A stretch of 64,000 nucleotides of DNA, from contig CAYYWY010000007.1 of assembly GCA_964475485.1 (NCBI GenBank), positions 15,849 through 79,848 of the forward strand, in the 5' to 3' direction. This DNA is from an uncultured Nitrospiraceae bacterium (GTDB lineage Bacteria; Nitrospirota; Thermodesulfovibrionia; Thermodesulfovibrionales; UBA9159). Of this stretch, positions 25,876 to 33,933 are shown one piece after another. Under the pieces are notes generated by a model, which worked only from the letters and a program-made list of their open reading frames with translations, ran no database searches and was not told where the DNA came from. Made by a program: the position numbers and the translations under genes. Positions within the stretch are counted from its first letter, which is position 1. Every line of letters begins with the position of its first letter.

Positions 25876-26541
25876 CTACCCTGCCTTGCAGGAAACAGCC
25901 GAACCTTTCCGGGGCACCTTCCTTCCGTAAGGACATATGTTCACGCACAATCCACAGTTTGGCTTGCCGTTGAGGCTCCTCGCATTCCCCTTATGAGAAC
26001 GGCACTTGTCCAACCGTATTAGTTCGACAAAAGGTTCGTATCGGGACCATTGCCCTCCCGTGATCGCATTGGATGGACAGAAATCAGCGCAGAGATTACA
26101 TTCCCCACACATGCTGAACTCAACAGGTGCATCCGCCGGGACAGGGGCGTCCGTAAGAACCGTTGCAAGTGAGAGTCTGGGACCGAAGTCAGGGCTGATC
26201 AGGAGGCCATTTCTGCCGACCCAGCCCAGTCCCGCAGAGGTAGCGGCCATCTTATGGTTGAAAAGCGGGTAAAGCCTTGATACGAACGTGCCCCTCACCC
26301 TGTCCGAGTCCGGGGGGATGCAGAGGTACCTGTATCCCTTCCTCTTAAGATACTGGGCAGCCTTTTTCTGCAGCCTGACGAGCAGGAGGATTGTATCCTC
26401 GTTCAACTTCCTGGCGACCCCTATGGAAATTGCGGTCTCAAGGTGTGCAATCTCTTCCCCGAGCACTCCCCGCAAGTGTGCATAGCCCACGACCGTGGCG
26501 CCTGCCTTCAGAAGTTCACTCTTTAGGGTCCTGGCTATCAC
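25876..26541 (-). CDS. Short QueG/RdhA-like 4Fe-4S protein
   Basis: 'HKMAATSAGLGWVGRNGLLISPDFGPRLSLATVLTDAPV' and two Cys clusters 'CGECNLCADFCP', 'CGLCVNICPYG'. I prefer the GTG at 26541, which overlaps the upstream stop (GTGA), over the ORF-track start at 26649. Confidence 0.7.
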   Translation of the reverse strand: MIARTLKSELLKAGATVVGYAHLRGVLGEEIAHLETAISIGVARKLNEDTILLLVRLQKKAAQYLKRKGYRYLCIPPDSDRVRGTFVSRLYPLFNHKMAATSAGLGWVGRNGLLISPDFGPRLSLATVLTDAPVPADAPVEFSMCGECNLCADFCPSNAITGGQWSRYEPFVELIRLDKCRSHKGNARSLNGKPNCGLCVNICPYGRKVPRKGSAVSCKAG

Positions 26542-27227
26542 GCTCTCTTTGCCTCGGCCTCTTCCTTGAGTTTCTTGAGTGAGCTGATCATATTGATGGC
26601 ATCCTTCAAAGCGTTGTTCGCATCCTTTGCATACCCGTCTGCTCCCCACTTCTCTGCGATGTCCTGTGAAACAGGCGCGCCGCCGATCATGATCTTTACG
26701 TTTGGATTCTTCGCATGGAGGTTGTCGATGACCTTCTTCATGCCCGTCATCGTAGTGGTCATCATGGCAGAGAGGCAGACGAGGTCCGAATCGGTCCTCA
26801 GCTGTTCTTCCACAAACTTGTCAAGAGGGACGTCGCGGCCGAGGTCGTACACCGTGAAACCTGCGACATCGAACATCATCTTCACGATATTCTTGCCGAT
26901 GTCGTGGACATCGCCTTCCACTGTACCGATGACCACCGAGCCTTTTACCCCAAGGTCGAGCTGCTTGACGTGCGGTTTCAGTATGTCCAGTCCGGCATAG
27001 AGGGCGTCGGCGCACATGAGGAGCTCGGGCACAAAGTACTCCTGTGCCTCAAAGAGCCTACCTACCTCCTCCATGCCGCTCACCAGACCGTTAAAGATCG
27101 CTTCATTTGCATCCATGCCCACATCCAGCGCCTCCTGCGCAGTCTCTTTCGCCGCATCCTCGTCATACTGTATCACGGCGTTTCTCAGTCTCTCTAAAAG
27201 CTCTTTCTTTTTTTCTTCTGTTACCAT
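26538..27227 (-). CDS. Second corrinoid (B12-binding) protein
   Basis: ATG at 27227 preceded by 'caggaggtagaa'. DxHxxG motif 'GDVHDIGKN', plus 'LSAMMTTTM' and 'IMIGGAP'. Confidence 0.9.
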   Translation of the reverse strand: MVTEEKKKELLERLRNAVIQYDEDAAKETAQEALDVGMDANEAIFNGLVSGMEEVGRLFEAQEYFVPELLMCADALYAGLDILKPHVKQLDLGVKGSVVIGTVEGDVHDIGKNIVKMMFDVAGFTVYDLGRDVPLDKFVEEQLRTDSDLVCLSAMMTTTMTGMKKVIDNLHAKNPNVKIMIGGAPVSQDIAEKWGADGYAKDANNALKDAINMISSLKKLKEEAEAKRA

Positions 27228-27229
27228 TT

Positions 27230-28267
27230 CTACCTCCTGTAATTTCTTACTTCGTCCATCATTGCCAGAATGTTTTCGGCCGGGACGGTGGGCCATATGT
27301 CGCAGCCGGGCCAGACCGCGCTCACCCCATCGTCCATGCATTTCTTCATGGTTTGTCTCACCAGCTTGGTGGTCCCTGCCACAAGGATATTGTAAGGATC
27401 GTAGTTGCCGAAGATCAGGGCGTCCCTGCCCAGCTTCTTTCGGGACTCAGCCACGTCGTTTTTCTGGTCGACGCTTATCGCCTTTGCACCGGTCTCCATC
27501 ATAAAGGGGACGATGTCGTTGGTCTTGCCGCATATATGAAGAACGCTCGGGACGGTGAGCCTGTCGAATATCTTCTTCAGATAAGGCTGTATGAGGTTCT
27601 TGAAGACTCTGGGGCTAAGGACGTCCGACGTCGCACCCATCTCCCTCACCGTGAGGTAATCTACCCCTGCCTTCTCATACCGGCCGGCCACTGCTATAAT
27701 GGCATCGGCGAGCAGGTCGAGGAGGCTCCCGACCTTGTCCGGCTTCTTGAATGAGAGTTTCAGCAGGTCGTTCAGTTCCATGATCTGTCCTGCAAGAGTG
27801 AACGGACCGAGGACATAGGAGCCCACAGGGACCTCCTCGCCTATCTGATTCTTTAACAGTCCGATGGCCTCGCATACAAGGGATATCCTGCCCTTTTCCT
27901 GAAAGTCGGCGGATACCGAGATTCCCATCTCCTCCTCACTGGTGATGAGTTTCTTTTTGATGGTGGGATAGAGAAGGTCTTCGGAATGGGCATACACGTT
28001 TATCTCACAGCCCAGCGCCTCTGCCTCGACGCAGAGGTCAAATGGTACCACACCGCACTCAAATCCGAAAAGTCTGTAGGTCGACGCCGCCGCGTCGGCC
28101 ATCATCTTTGCATCGAGATGAGAAGCCGCGAACTTATATCCGAGGGACTTCAACCCCTCTGCAGTGACATTTCCCATCCCGCTGAAACAGGGCGGACGGT
28201 CAACCTCTTCCCCTGCAAAGAGTCTGGCTATCCTTTCTTTAGGTGTTACGGTTGTGATCGACATCAT
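27230..28267 (-). CDS. URO-D family corrinoid methyltransferase, paralogue 3 (closest to paralogue 1)
   Basis: 'TPKERIARLFAGEEVDRPPCFSGMGNV', 'VPFDLCVEAEALGC', 'LHICGKT' ... 'VWPGCDIWP'. Confidence 0.85.
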   Translation of the reverse strand: MMSITTVTPKERIARLFAGEEVDRPPCFSGMGNVTAEGLKSLGYKFAASHLDAKMMADAAASTYRLFGFECGVVPFDLCVEAEALGCEINVYAHSEDLLYPTIKKKLITSEEEMGISVSADFQEKGRISLVCEAIGLLKNQIGEEVPVGSYVLGPFTLAGQIMELNDLLKLSFKKPDKVGSLLDLLADAIIAVAGRYEKAGVDYLTVREMGATSDVLSPRVFKNLIQPYLKKIFDRLTVPSVLHICGKTNDIVPFMMETGAKAISVDQKNDVAESRKKLGRDALIFGNYDPYNILVAGTTKLVRQTMKKCMDDGVSAVWPGCDIWPTVPAENILAMMDEVRNYRR

Positions 28268-28300
28268 TCCTCCTTAAGATAATAAAGTTATGCGCGATAA

Positions 28301-29248
28301 TTACTTGCGTGCTCCTCCAAGTGTCAGTTTTTCTATGAAATCGGAGAAGAATTTCCTTATAGGCAGACCCCTGTTCTCGGGCATATGCTTTGTTTCATCA
28401 TACACAAGGGTGGTAAGCAGGATGTGCGCTGTTGCTACCGCAGGGAATATCCTCGGTGCGGTTACAATGGGTCCATAGAAATTGAAATCGCTCCACAAAA
28501 CCGAAGACATGCCCTGGGCTACTGCATCCATAGCCCTGAAACCGTCCAGACCCCAGACCGTCTTCGCATCTTTCCACATGTGCGTGCCGTTGGAATAGGC
28601 GCCGCCGCATGGAAGGCCCAGTTTCTCCTTTATGAGTCTGTTTGCGAGGAGGGAAAAGGACGTGGCAGGTAGGTTCATCACGGAAGTATCCACGATGACA
28701 GTGTCAAAGCTGTCCGCCCCCTGAGCAAGAATGCTTTCCAGGGACTTGAGACGGCCTGCCGGTGATTGGTCCGTGTCGTCGAATGCCTGTATCACCACAT
28801 GCCTTATGCCGAGGTCTTTGAGTTTGTTCACCTGCCCCATTATGTCCTTGTCCCAAGGGGTGATGCTGTTATACAGGAACTTGTCCTGCACACCGAGTTT
28901 CGATACGTACTCTGTTGCCTTTGCCCTTTTTTCGGCGACCCACATATCTATGCCGAAAGGCATAGAGGTCGTCTCGAGATAGAAGTCTATGTAAACCTGA
29001 GCTTCTTCAGGGGTATTTGCCACCATCGCCACCATTCCGGGGATTCCGGTGGAGGCTGAGAGCTCTTCCTGTTTCCTGATAAGTTCCTTTGCCTTCTGCC
29101 TGTCGAAGTTTCCCTTCCTGTCCACAAGGATCTTGTCCTTATTGTGAAACATTGAAGCAATGAGCAGAGGCGGGTATTCTCCCGGCTGACCGCCTATCCT
29201 TATTCCCGACAAATCGAAAACCTTCTGTTCAGTTGTGAAATTAAACAT
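28301..29248 (-). CDS. MtrH-like pterin (tetrahydrofolate/tetrahydromethanopterin) : corrinoid methyltransferase
   Basis: N-terminus 'MFNFTTEQKVFDLSGIRIGGQPGEYPPLLIASMFH' matches the MtrH family signature. The ATG at 29248 is chosen; the upstream extension in the ORF track has no homology pattern. Confidence 0.8.
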   Translation of the reverse strand: MFNFTTEQKVFDLSGIRIGGQPGEYPPLLIASMFHNKDKILVDRKGNFDRQKAKELIRKQEELSASTGIPGMVAMVANTPEEAQVYIDFYLETTSMPFGIDMWVAEKRAKATEYVSKLGVQDKFLYNSITPWDKDIMGQVNKLKDLGIRHVVIQAFDDTDQSPAGRLKSLESILAQGADSFDTVIVDTSVMNLPATSFSLLANRLIKEKLGLPCGGAYSNGTHMWKDAKTVWGLDGFRAMDAVAQGMSSVLWSDFNFYGPIVTAPRIFPAVATAHILLTTLVYDETKHMPENRGLPIRKFFSDFIEKLTLGGARK

Positions 29249-29337
29249 TTCTTCTCCTCGTTCTTGAATCAAGACACAACCCTTCCCTGAAATGCAGGAA
29301 ATTGCGGGGGAGGCAGCGCCTCCCCCGTGCACAGCGA

Positions 29338-29784
29338 TTAGTACACACCATGGTCGAACTTAGGCTGCGGCAGATACTCCCAGCTCTCTCCCTTTCTGTA
29401 CTTTGCCTCGATATCAAGACATTTCAGTGCGTATTCGAAGGCGTAAGGTATTCCAGGTCCGCCGGGCACAAAGCCTGCCAGGATCATGCCAACGGCCGCT
29501 GCCTCGAATATCTCACCGGTGGTCGCTCCTGCGTCGATGGCAGGGATTACATGGATAATGCAGCGAGGCGAGCAGTAACCCACTCCTCCCGCCATGAACA
29601 TGAGTTCCTTCACTTTCTTGGACAGAGCTCCGTCTCCGAAGATCGTGGCATAGAAGTCAGCAAATGTCTTTCCCGGATCAGGGGTGACCGTGTTGATGAT
29701 CTGGAACATCCTCGGGACAAATCCCATCTTGTTCTTCATGTAATCATTCACTTCCTGAGCCGACATCTTTTTCTCTTCTGCCAT
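29338..29784 (-). CDS. Carboxymuconolactone decarboxylase / AhpD-like family protein
   Basis: ATG at 29784 preceded by 'aaaggagg'. 'LSKKVKELMFMAGGVGYCSPRCIIHVIPAIDAGATTGEIFEAAAV' resembles the CMD core, but with C-x3-C spacing. Confidence 0.55.
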   Translation of the reverse strand: MAEEKKMSAQEVNDYMKNKMGFVPRMFQIINTVTPDPGKTFADFYATIFGDGALSKKVKELMFMAGGVGYCSPRCIIHVIPAIDAGATTGEIFEAAAVGMILAGFVPGGPGIPYAFEYALKCLDIEAKYRKGESWEYLPQPKFDHGVY

Positions 29785-29904
29785 TGTTGCCTCCTTTTGG
29801 TGGCCGGAAGGCGCCTTCCGGACGAACAGTTTTCTCACCTCATCAAAAATCCCCATGGTCTACCTCCGTTACATCGGGTTGCTCTCTTTCACCTCCTTCA
29901 GTCC

Positions 29905-30942
29905 TCAGAGTTTCCACTGAAACGCCACATCGTGGAATCTCTTAAGGTTTTCGTATGGTATGGTTGGCGGTATGTCGCATCCCGGCACGAGAACGAATCC
30001 CCCGTCCTTGCCAGCGATTTCTATCACCTCTCTGCACGCCTGTTCGACCTCATCTGCCGTTTTGTTGAGCAGTACGTGAACAGGGGCGATATTCCCTCCG
30101 AAGCACATCTTGCCGAAGAGGACTTCCTTTGCCTTCCTGATATCAACCTTCTGGTCAAAGAATATGGTGCTTGCGCCTGTCACCGGGAAAAGCTCGAGGC
30201 GGTCGCTGGTATCTCCGCAAATGTGCAGGATGGTATGAACCTTCCTTGCCCTTGCCCAGTCAGTCATTTTTTTCAGCGGAGGCACGGCAAAACGTTCCAT
30301 CTGCTTTCTGTTTATCAGGTCTCCGGATGCGGTCGGGTCCGCGATACTGATGCACTCAAGCCCGTCCGAGACAAGAGGCTCGTAAAGATGGATGAGAAGG
30401 TCCGCGCAAAAGTCCGCCATCTTTTCGACGAAGGCGGGCTTTTTGAATATGGCCTTCATAAACGGCTCTTCACCCACCATACGAGCTGCAAGGGTAAAGG
30501 GACCCCAGCAGGTCATAGTTACGAGGTGCCTGTTGCCGATTTTTTCCTTCACCCTCCTTGTGGCTTCCATCACGGTCTGAACGACCGGCTCCTTGTGCAC
30601 ATCCCCGATATCGAGCTTTGCGATATCCTCCTCGGAATTGATAAAGTGGGTGGTTAGGTCGGGAGCTCCTATTTCGCGGTACTTGATCCCAGCGCCGAAA
30701 GCCTTGCCGAGGGCGAAAGCATGGAAGTTGTTATAGCCGGAACCGACGTATACCACATCGCTCCTTATCCTCTCTGCCTCCGCGACGCACATGTCGGTCA
30801 TCTTGCCGGGGTCGAGAGAGAGTTCTTCGAAGCTTGTGCCGTAATCCTTGATAGACCACATACCCCCTCCGAAAAGGGTAACCGGAACCCTTTCTGGTTT
30901 TCCCATCTCAAAAGCCCTCAGTACGATTTCCCTCGGCGTCAT
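29905..30942 (-). CDS. URO-D family corrinoid methyltransferase, paralogue 4
   Basis: 'TPREIVLRAFEMGKPERVPV', 'LHICGDTSDRL' ... 'LVPGCDIPP'. Confidence 0.85.
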   Translation of the reverse strand: MTPREIVLRAFEMGKPERVPVTLFGGGMWSIKDYGTSFEELSLDPGKMTDMCVAEAERIRSDVVYVGSGYNNFHAFALGKAFGAGIKYREIGAPDLTTHFINSEEDIAKLDIGDVHKEPVVQTVMEATRRVKEKIGNRHLVTMTCWGPFTLAARMVGEEPFMKAIFKKPAFVEKMADFCADLLIHLYEPLVSDGLECISIADPTASGDLINRKQMERFAVPPLKKMTDWARARKVHTILHICGDTSDRLELFPVTGASTIFFDQKVDIRKAKEVLFGKMCFGGNIAPVHVLLNKTADEVEQACREVIEIAGKDGGFVLVPGCDIPPTIPYENLKRFHDVAFQWKL

Positions 30943-30962
30943 ACAAGATCCTCCTTTTATAG

Positions 30963-31316
30963 CTAAAATGGATGGAATAATGCTCCAAAACCGCGAACAT
31001 CCCTGATAGTCCTCCTGAACTCCTCAAGGTCAAGGGGCGACCTCATGCTCACCACATCACTATCGGGTCTATCAGGCCCTACGAAAATGACCACAATGTC
31101 AGGGGACTCGCTCCGAATGATCTGCGCCGCTTCATCGGCGGAAAGTCCAAAGGAGTCCGAATCGATTATGACGGCACGAAACTTTCTCCGGAAGACCATC
31201 TGGACAGCAAGGGCGGAATGATCCACAGTCTCAACACTGAAACCCTCATCTCTAAGTATCCCGTAGAGGTTTTTGATCAGGATGGGATTATGTGTACATA
31301 AAAGGACTTCATTCAC
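30963..31316 (-). CDS. Stand-alone CheY-like receiver domain with a degenerate acidic pocket
   Basis: GTG start. 'AVIIDSD' could hold the phospho-Asp, but the N-terminal DD/DE pair is replaced by 'CTHN'. 117 aa. Confidence 0.5.
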   Translation of the reverse strand: MNEVLLCTHNPILIKNLYGILRDEGFSVETVDHSALAVQMVFRRKFRAVIIDSDSFGLSADEAAQIIRSESPDIVVIFVGPDRPDSDVVSMRSPLDLEEFRRTIRDVRGFGALFHPF

Positions 31317-31328
31317 GATATATATACA

Positions 31329-31346
31329 GGCAACTTTGGTGCCAAC
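31329..31346 (-). promoter_or_regulatory. Sigma-54 (-24/-12) promoter
   Basis: The minus strand reads GTTGGCACCAAAGTTGCC, i.e. TGGCAC-N5-TTGC with exact GG-N10-GC spacing. It lies directly upstream of the receiver/methyltransferase genes. Confidence 0.6.
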
Positions 31347-31416
31347 AAGAAACGATTGAAAAAGAAAGAGAATTCGTCATGTCCAATTAATAGGGATGAA
31401 ATATGCCCCACAGTCA

Positions 31417-31435
31417 TGGGGAAAAATTCCCCATA
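31417..31435 (-). terminator. Hairpin just after the metF stop (weak terminator or processing site)
   Basis: Perfect 8-bp stem ATGGGGAA/TTCCCCAT with a 3-nt loop. There is no clear U-tract on the minus strand. Confidence 0.3.
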
Positions 31436-31437
31436 TC

Positions 31438-32328
31438 TTATGTTGAGGAAGGTGAGGATGAGGGAAGGATGCTCAATGCACTGATGATTTCGCTGACAGA
31501 ATCCGACCTGTTCATGGTGTAGAAGTGGAGATACCTGACACCGTTTTTCAAGAGGTCTTCACACTGTTTGATAGCGTACTCCGTTCCGATCTTTCTCATC
31601 TCCTCTGGTTTATCGAGAACGGATGCCATCCTGTCCATCACCGCCTTTGGGATCGTCGCGTTGCAGAAGTTCGCAAACTCCTCTATCTTTCTGCAGTCAA
31701 AAATGGGCATGATGCCGGGCAGAACAGGAATTACGATACCCAGTTTCATTGCCCTGTCCATGAAGTCATAGAAGTACCGGTTATCGAAAAACATCTGGGT
31801 AACACCGAAGTCGGCCCCCGCATCGATTTTCTGTTTTGTATATTCCATGTCCTTTTCAATGCTGGGGGATTCCGGATGACCTTCGGGGTAGACCGCAACG
31901 GCTATCGAGAAGTAATTGTATTTCCCGGTGAACTCCACGAGATCCCTTGCATATTTGAATTCACCCCTTGACGAATCGAAGTCAGGCACGTTCCTCGGCG
32001 GGTCTCCCCTGAGGGCGAGGATGTTGTCTATGCCAGCGGCCATATAATCCCTGAGAAGAGCGTCTATGGATTCCCTGGTCGCGCCGATGCAGGTCAGATG
32101 TGACATCACCGTGAGGTCGGTCTCCTCCCTTATCCATTTGAGGGTGTTGGAAGTCCTTTCCCGCGTACTGCCTCCCGCCCCGTAGGTGACGGAGACATAC
32201 AGTGGGTCGTAATGTCGGAGGTCATTCACGACCTTCATGAAACTCCACCTTGCTTCCGGGGATTTTGGGGGAAAGAACTCGAACGACACGCCCCTTTTCC
32301 TCACCCTCAAGACTTCTCTGATCTTCAA
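31438..32328 (-). CDS. metF: Methylenetetrahydrofolate reductase
   Basis: 'VSFEFFPPK', 'YVSVTYGAGGSTRERT', 'MSHLTCIG'. 296 aa. Confidence 0.9.
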   Translation of the reverse strand: MKIREVLRVRKRGVSFEFFPPKSPEARWSFMKVVNDLRHYDPLYVSVTYGAGGSTRERTSNTLKWIREETDLTVMSHLTCIGATRESIDALLRDYMAAGIDNILALRGDPPRNVPDFDSSRGEFKYARDLVEFTGKYNYFSIAVAVYPEGHPESPSIEKDMEYTKQKIDAGADFGVTQMFFDNRYFYDFMDRAMKLGIVIPVLPGIMPIFDCRKIEEFANFCNATIPKAVMDRMASVLDKPEEMRKIGTEYAIKQCEDLLKNGVRYLHFYTMNRSDSVSEIISALSILPSSSPSST

Positions 32329-32331
32329 GGC

Positions 32332-32862
32332 TCACTCCCCTTCAGATTTTCTATTTATCATGACGGCACCGGAGACGGATGTCGGTTTCACGAGACTGTC
32401 CACCACAGGGCAGCGGGCGATCACCTTTTCCGCGAGTTCCCTTATCTTTTCTTCATCATCAGGCGTCTCAATAGTAAGAATATATTTTATACCCTTAAGG
32501 CCGGCTGGTATGTCGTCGATCATGAAAAGGCCCCTCAAATCGAGAGTCCCTTCGACCTCCACAGAGAGCGAATGTATCGTATAGCCCTGATGCACGGCAA
32601 ACTCGTAGAACGCTGCCTCAATGCAGGCTGCCATGGCAGAGAGCAGAAGCTCTATGGGGTTCGGCCCAAGGTTTGTGCCTCCTGCTGCCTCGCCGTAGTC
32701 GGACCGGACAAGATGCTCCCTCACCTTTGTCTCCGTACAGAGCCCTTCCACGTGGCGTGACGAGACTCTCGGCTTGTAGATGGCAGCTTCGGGCTTTCTC
32801 CTGAAAAACTCCAGCCTCCTCGACACGATCTCCTCCAGATCTTTCCCGCGTCCCTCTCTCAT
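32332..32862 (-). CDS. OsmC/Ohr-family protein
   Basis: 'GPNPIELLLSAMAACIEAAF' and 'IARCPVVDSL' (two-Cys OsmC pattern). ATG at 32862 preceded by 'gaaggagaagg'. The 341-aa version in the ORF track is rejected. Confidence 0.75.
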   Translation of the reverse strand: MREGRGKDLEEIVSRRLEFFRRKPEAAIYKPRVSSRHVEGLCTETKVREHLVRSDYGEAAGGTNLGPNPIELLLSAMAACIEAAFYEFAVHQGYTIHSLSVEVEGTLDLRGLFMIDDIPAGLKGIKYILTIETPDDEEKIRELAEKVIARCPVVDSLVKPTSVSGAVMINRKSEGE

Positions 32863-33001
32863 AGGCCTTCTCCTTCGTTTCCTGACAACCACGACCCTAT
32901 TAAACATTTTAGCGAAATTCCGGGAAAATGATATGATGAAGGTCAGCGAATGGGAGAAGATCCTATCCATTATATTATAATAATATTGTGGAGATACCGT
33001 C

Positions 33002-33913
33002 TTGAAGACAACTATTGTTTGCGGACTGCTCGGAGCAGGGAAGACGACCTTTATCCGGCACGTTGCGAAAGGTTCGGCGGAAAAGACGGTCATCCTTGTC
33101 AATGACTTCGGAAAGGCCGGTATCGACGGCGAGATATTCTCCTCGGGCGGTCTCGAATCGATTGAATTGCCCAGCGGGTGCGTCTGCTGCACCCTCAAGT
33201 TTGATCTTATCACCACGATACAGGGAATAATGGAGACGCTGTCTCCCGAACATCTCCTCATCGAACCGAGCGGCGTGGCCTCGCCCTCCGGAGTCCTGGA
33301 CGCCCTAAATACCCTCAAGATCGCTCCGGTGACGGTGGTAGGGATAGTGGATGCCACTGAATTCGTAGAGCTCCACGAGACCGGGATGTACGGCTATTTT
33401 TTCGAAGACCAAATTGTGAACTCCGACATTATCCTAGTGAACAAGACCGACCTTGCTGGCAGAGAGAGGACAGACGGGACGGTTACTCTTGTGGAGAGCA
33501 TTAACCCTCGGGCAATAGTACTCAGGACAGTGAACGCAGCACTTCGGGACCCGATTCCTCTTGTATTGCACGCAAAGCGGACCATAGGCAGAAATCTCCC
33601 GCACTTTCGGTTCGATACACTGTCGCTGAGGCTCAAAGCCGCGAGGAAAAAGACTCTCTACGAGAAGTTCTTTGATGACATGGCAAAGGGTATCTACGGA
33701 AACGTGGTGAGGGCAAAAGCTCTTGTCCAGACGGACGAGGGTCCCTTCAGGTTCGACCTTTCTTACGGCTCCGTTGACAAGAGCCCTTTCCCGCGGGAAA
33801 TCACAGAGAGCAGGCTTGTGGTGATCGGTGAGGATTTGGGAGAAGAAAGATTTGACCTTATTGCAGGCGCGGCTGATGGCCTTTCCCGTGATCACCCAGA
33901 TTCACTAATATAA
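33002..33913 (+). CDS. Full-length CobW-type G3E GTPase (GTPase plus C-terminal domain)
   Basis: TTG start. 'GLLGAGKTTFI', 'GCVCCT', 'ILVNKTD'. C-terminal domain 'VVRAKALVQTDEGPFRFDLSYG..LVVIGEDL'. Confidence 0.8.
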   Translation: MKTTIVCGLLGAGKTTFIRHVAKGSAEKTVILVNDFGKAGIDGEIFSSGGLESIELPSGCVCCTLKFDLITTIQGIMETLSPEHLLIEPSGVASPSGVLDALNTLKIAPVTVVGIVDATEFVELHETGMYGYFFEDQIVNSDIILVNKTDLAGRERTDGTVTLVESINPRAIVLRTVNAALRDPIPLVLHAKRTIGRNLPHFRFDTLSLRLKAARKKTLYEKFFDDMAKGIYGNVVRAKALVQTDEGPFRFDLSYGSVDKSPFPREITESRLVVIGEDLGEERFDLIAGAADGLSRDHPDSLI

Positions 33914-33933
33914 GAGAAATGATAAGATAAACA

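Noticed and set aside
29302-30657. 451-aa plus-strand ORF.
   Set aside because: It lies antisense to two minus-strand genes with clear family motifs (AhpD-like and URO-D methyltransferase). Its composition is Arg/His/Leu-rich and motif-free, typical of a shadow ORF.
32863-33357. N-terminal extension of the 341-aa ORF (32332..33357).
   Set aside because: The extension runs through the divergent AT-rich promoter region and is antisense to the CobW gene. OsmC homology begins only at the Met at 32862, which has its own SD.
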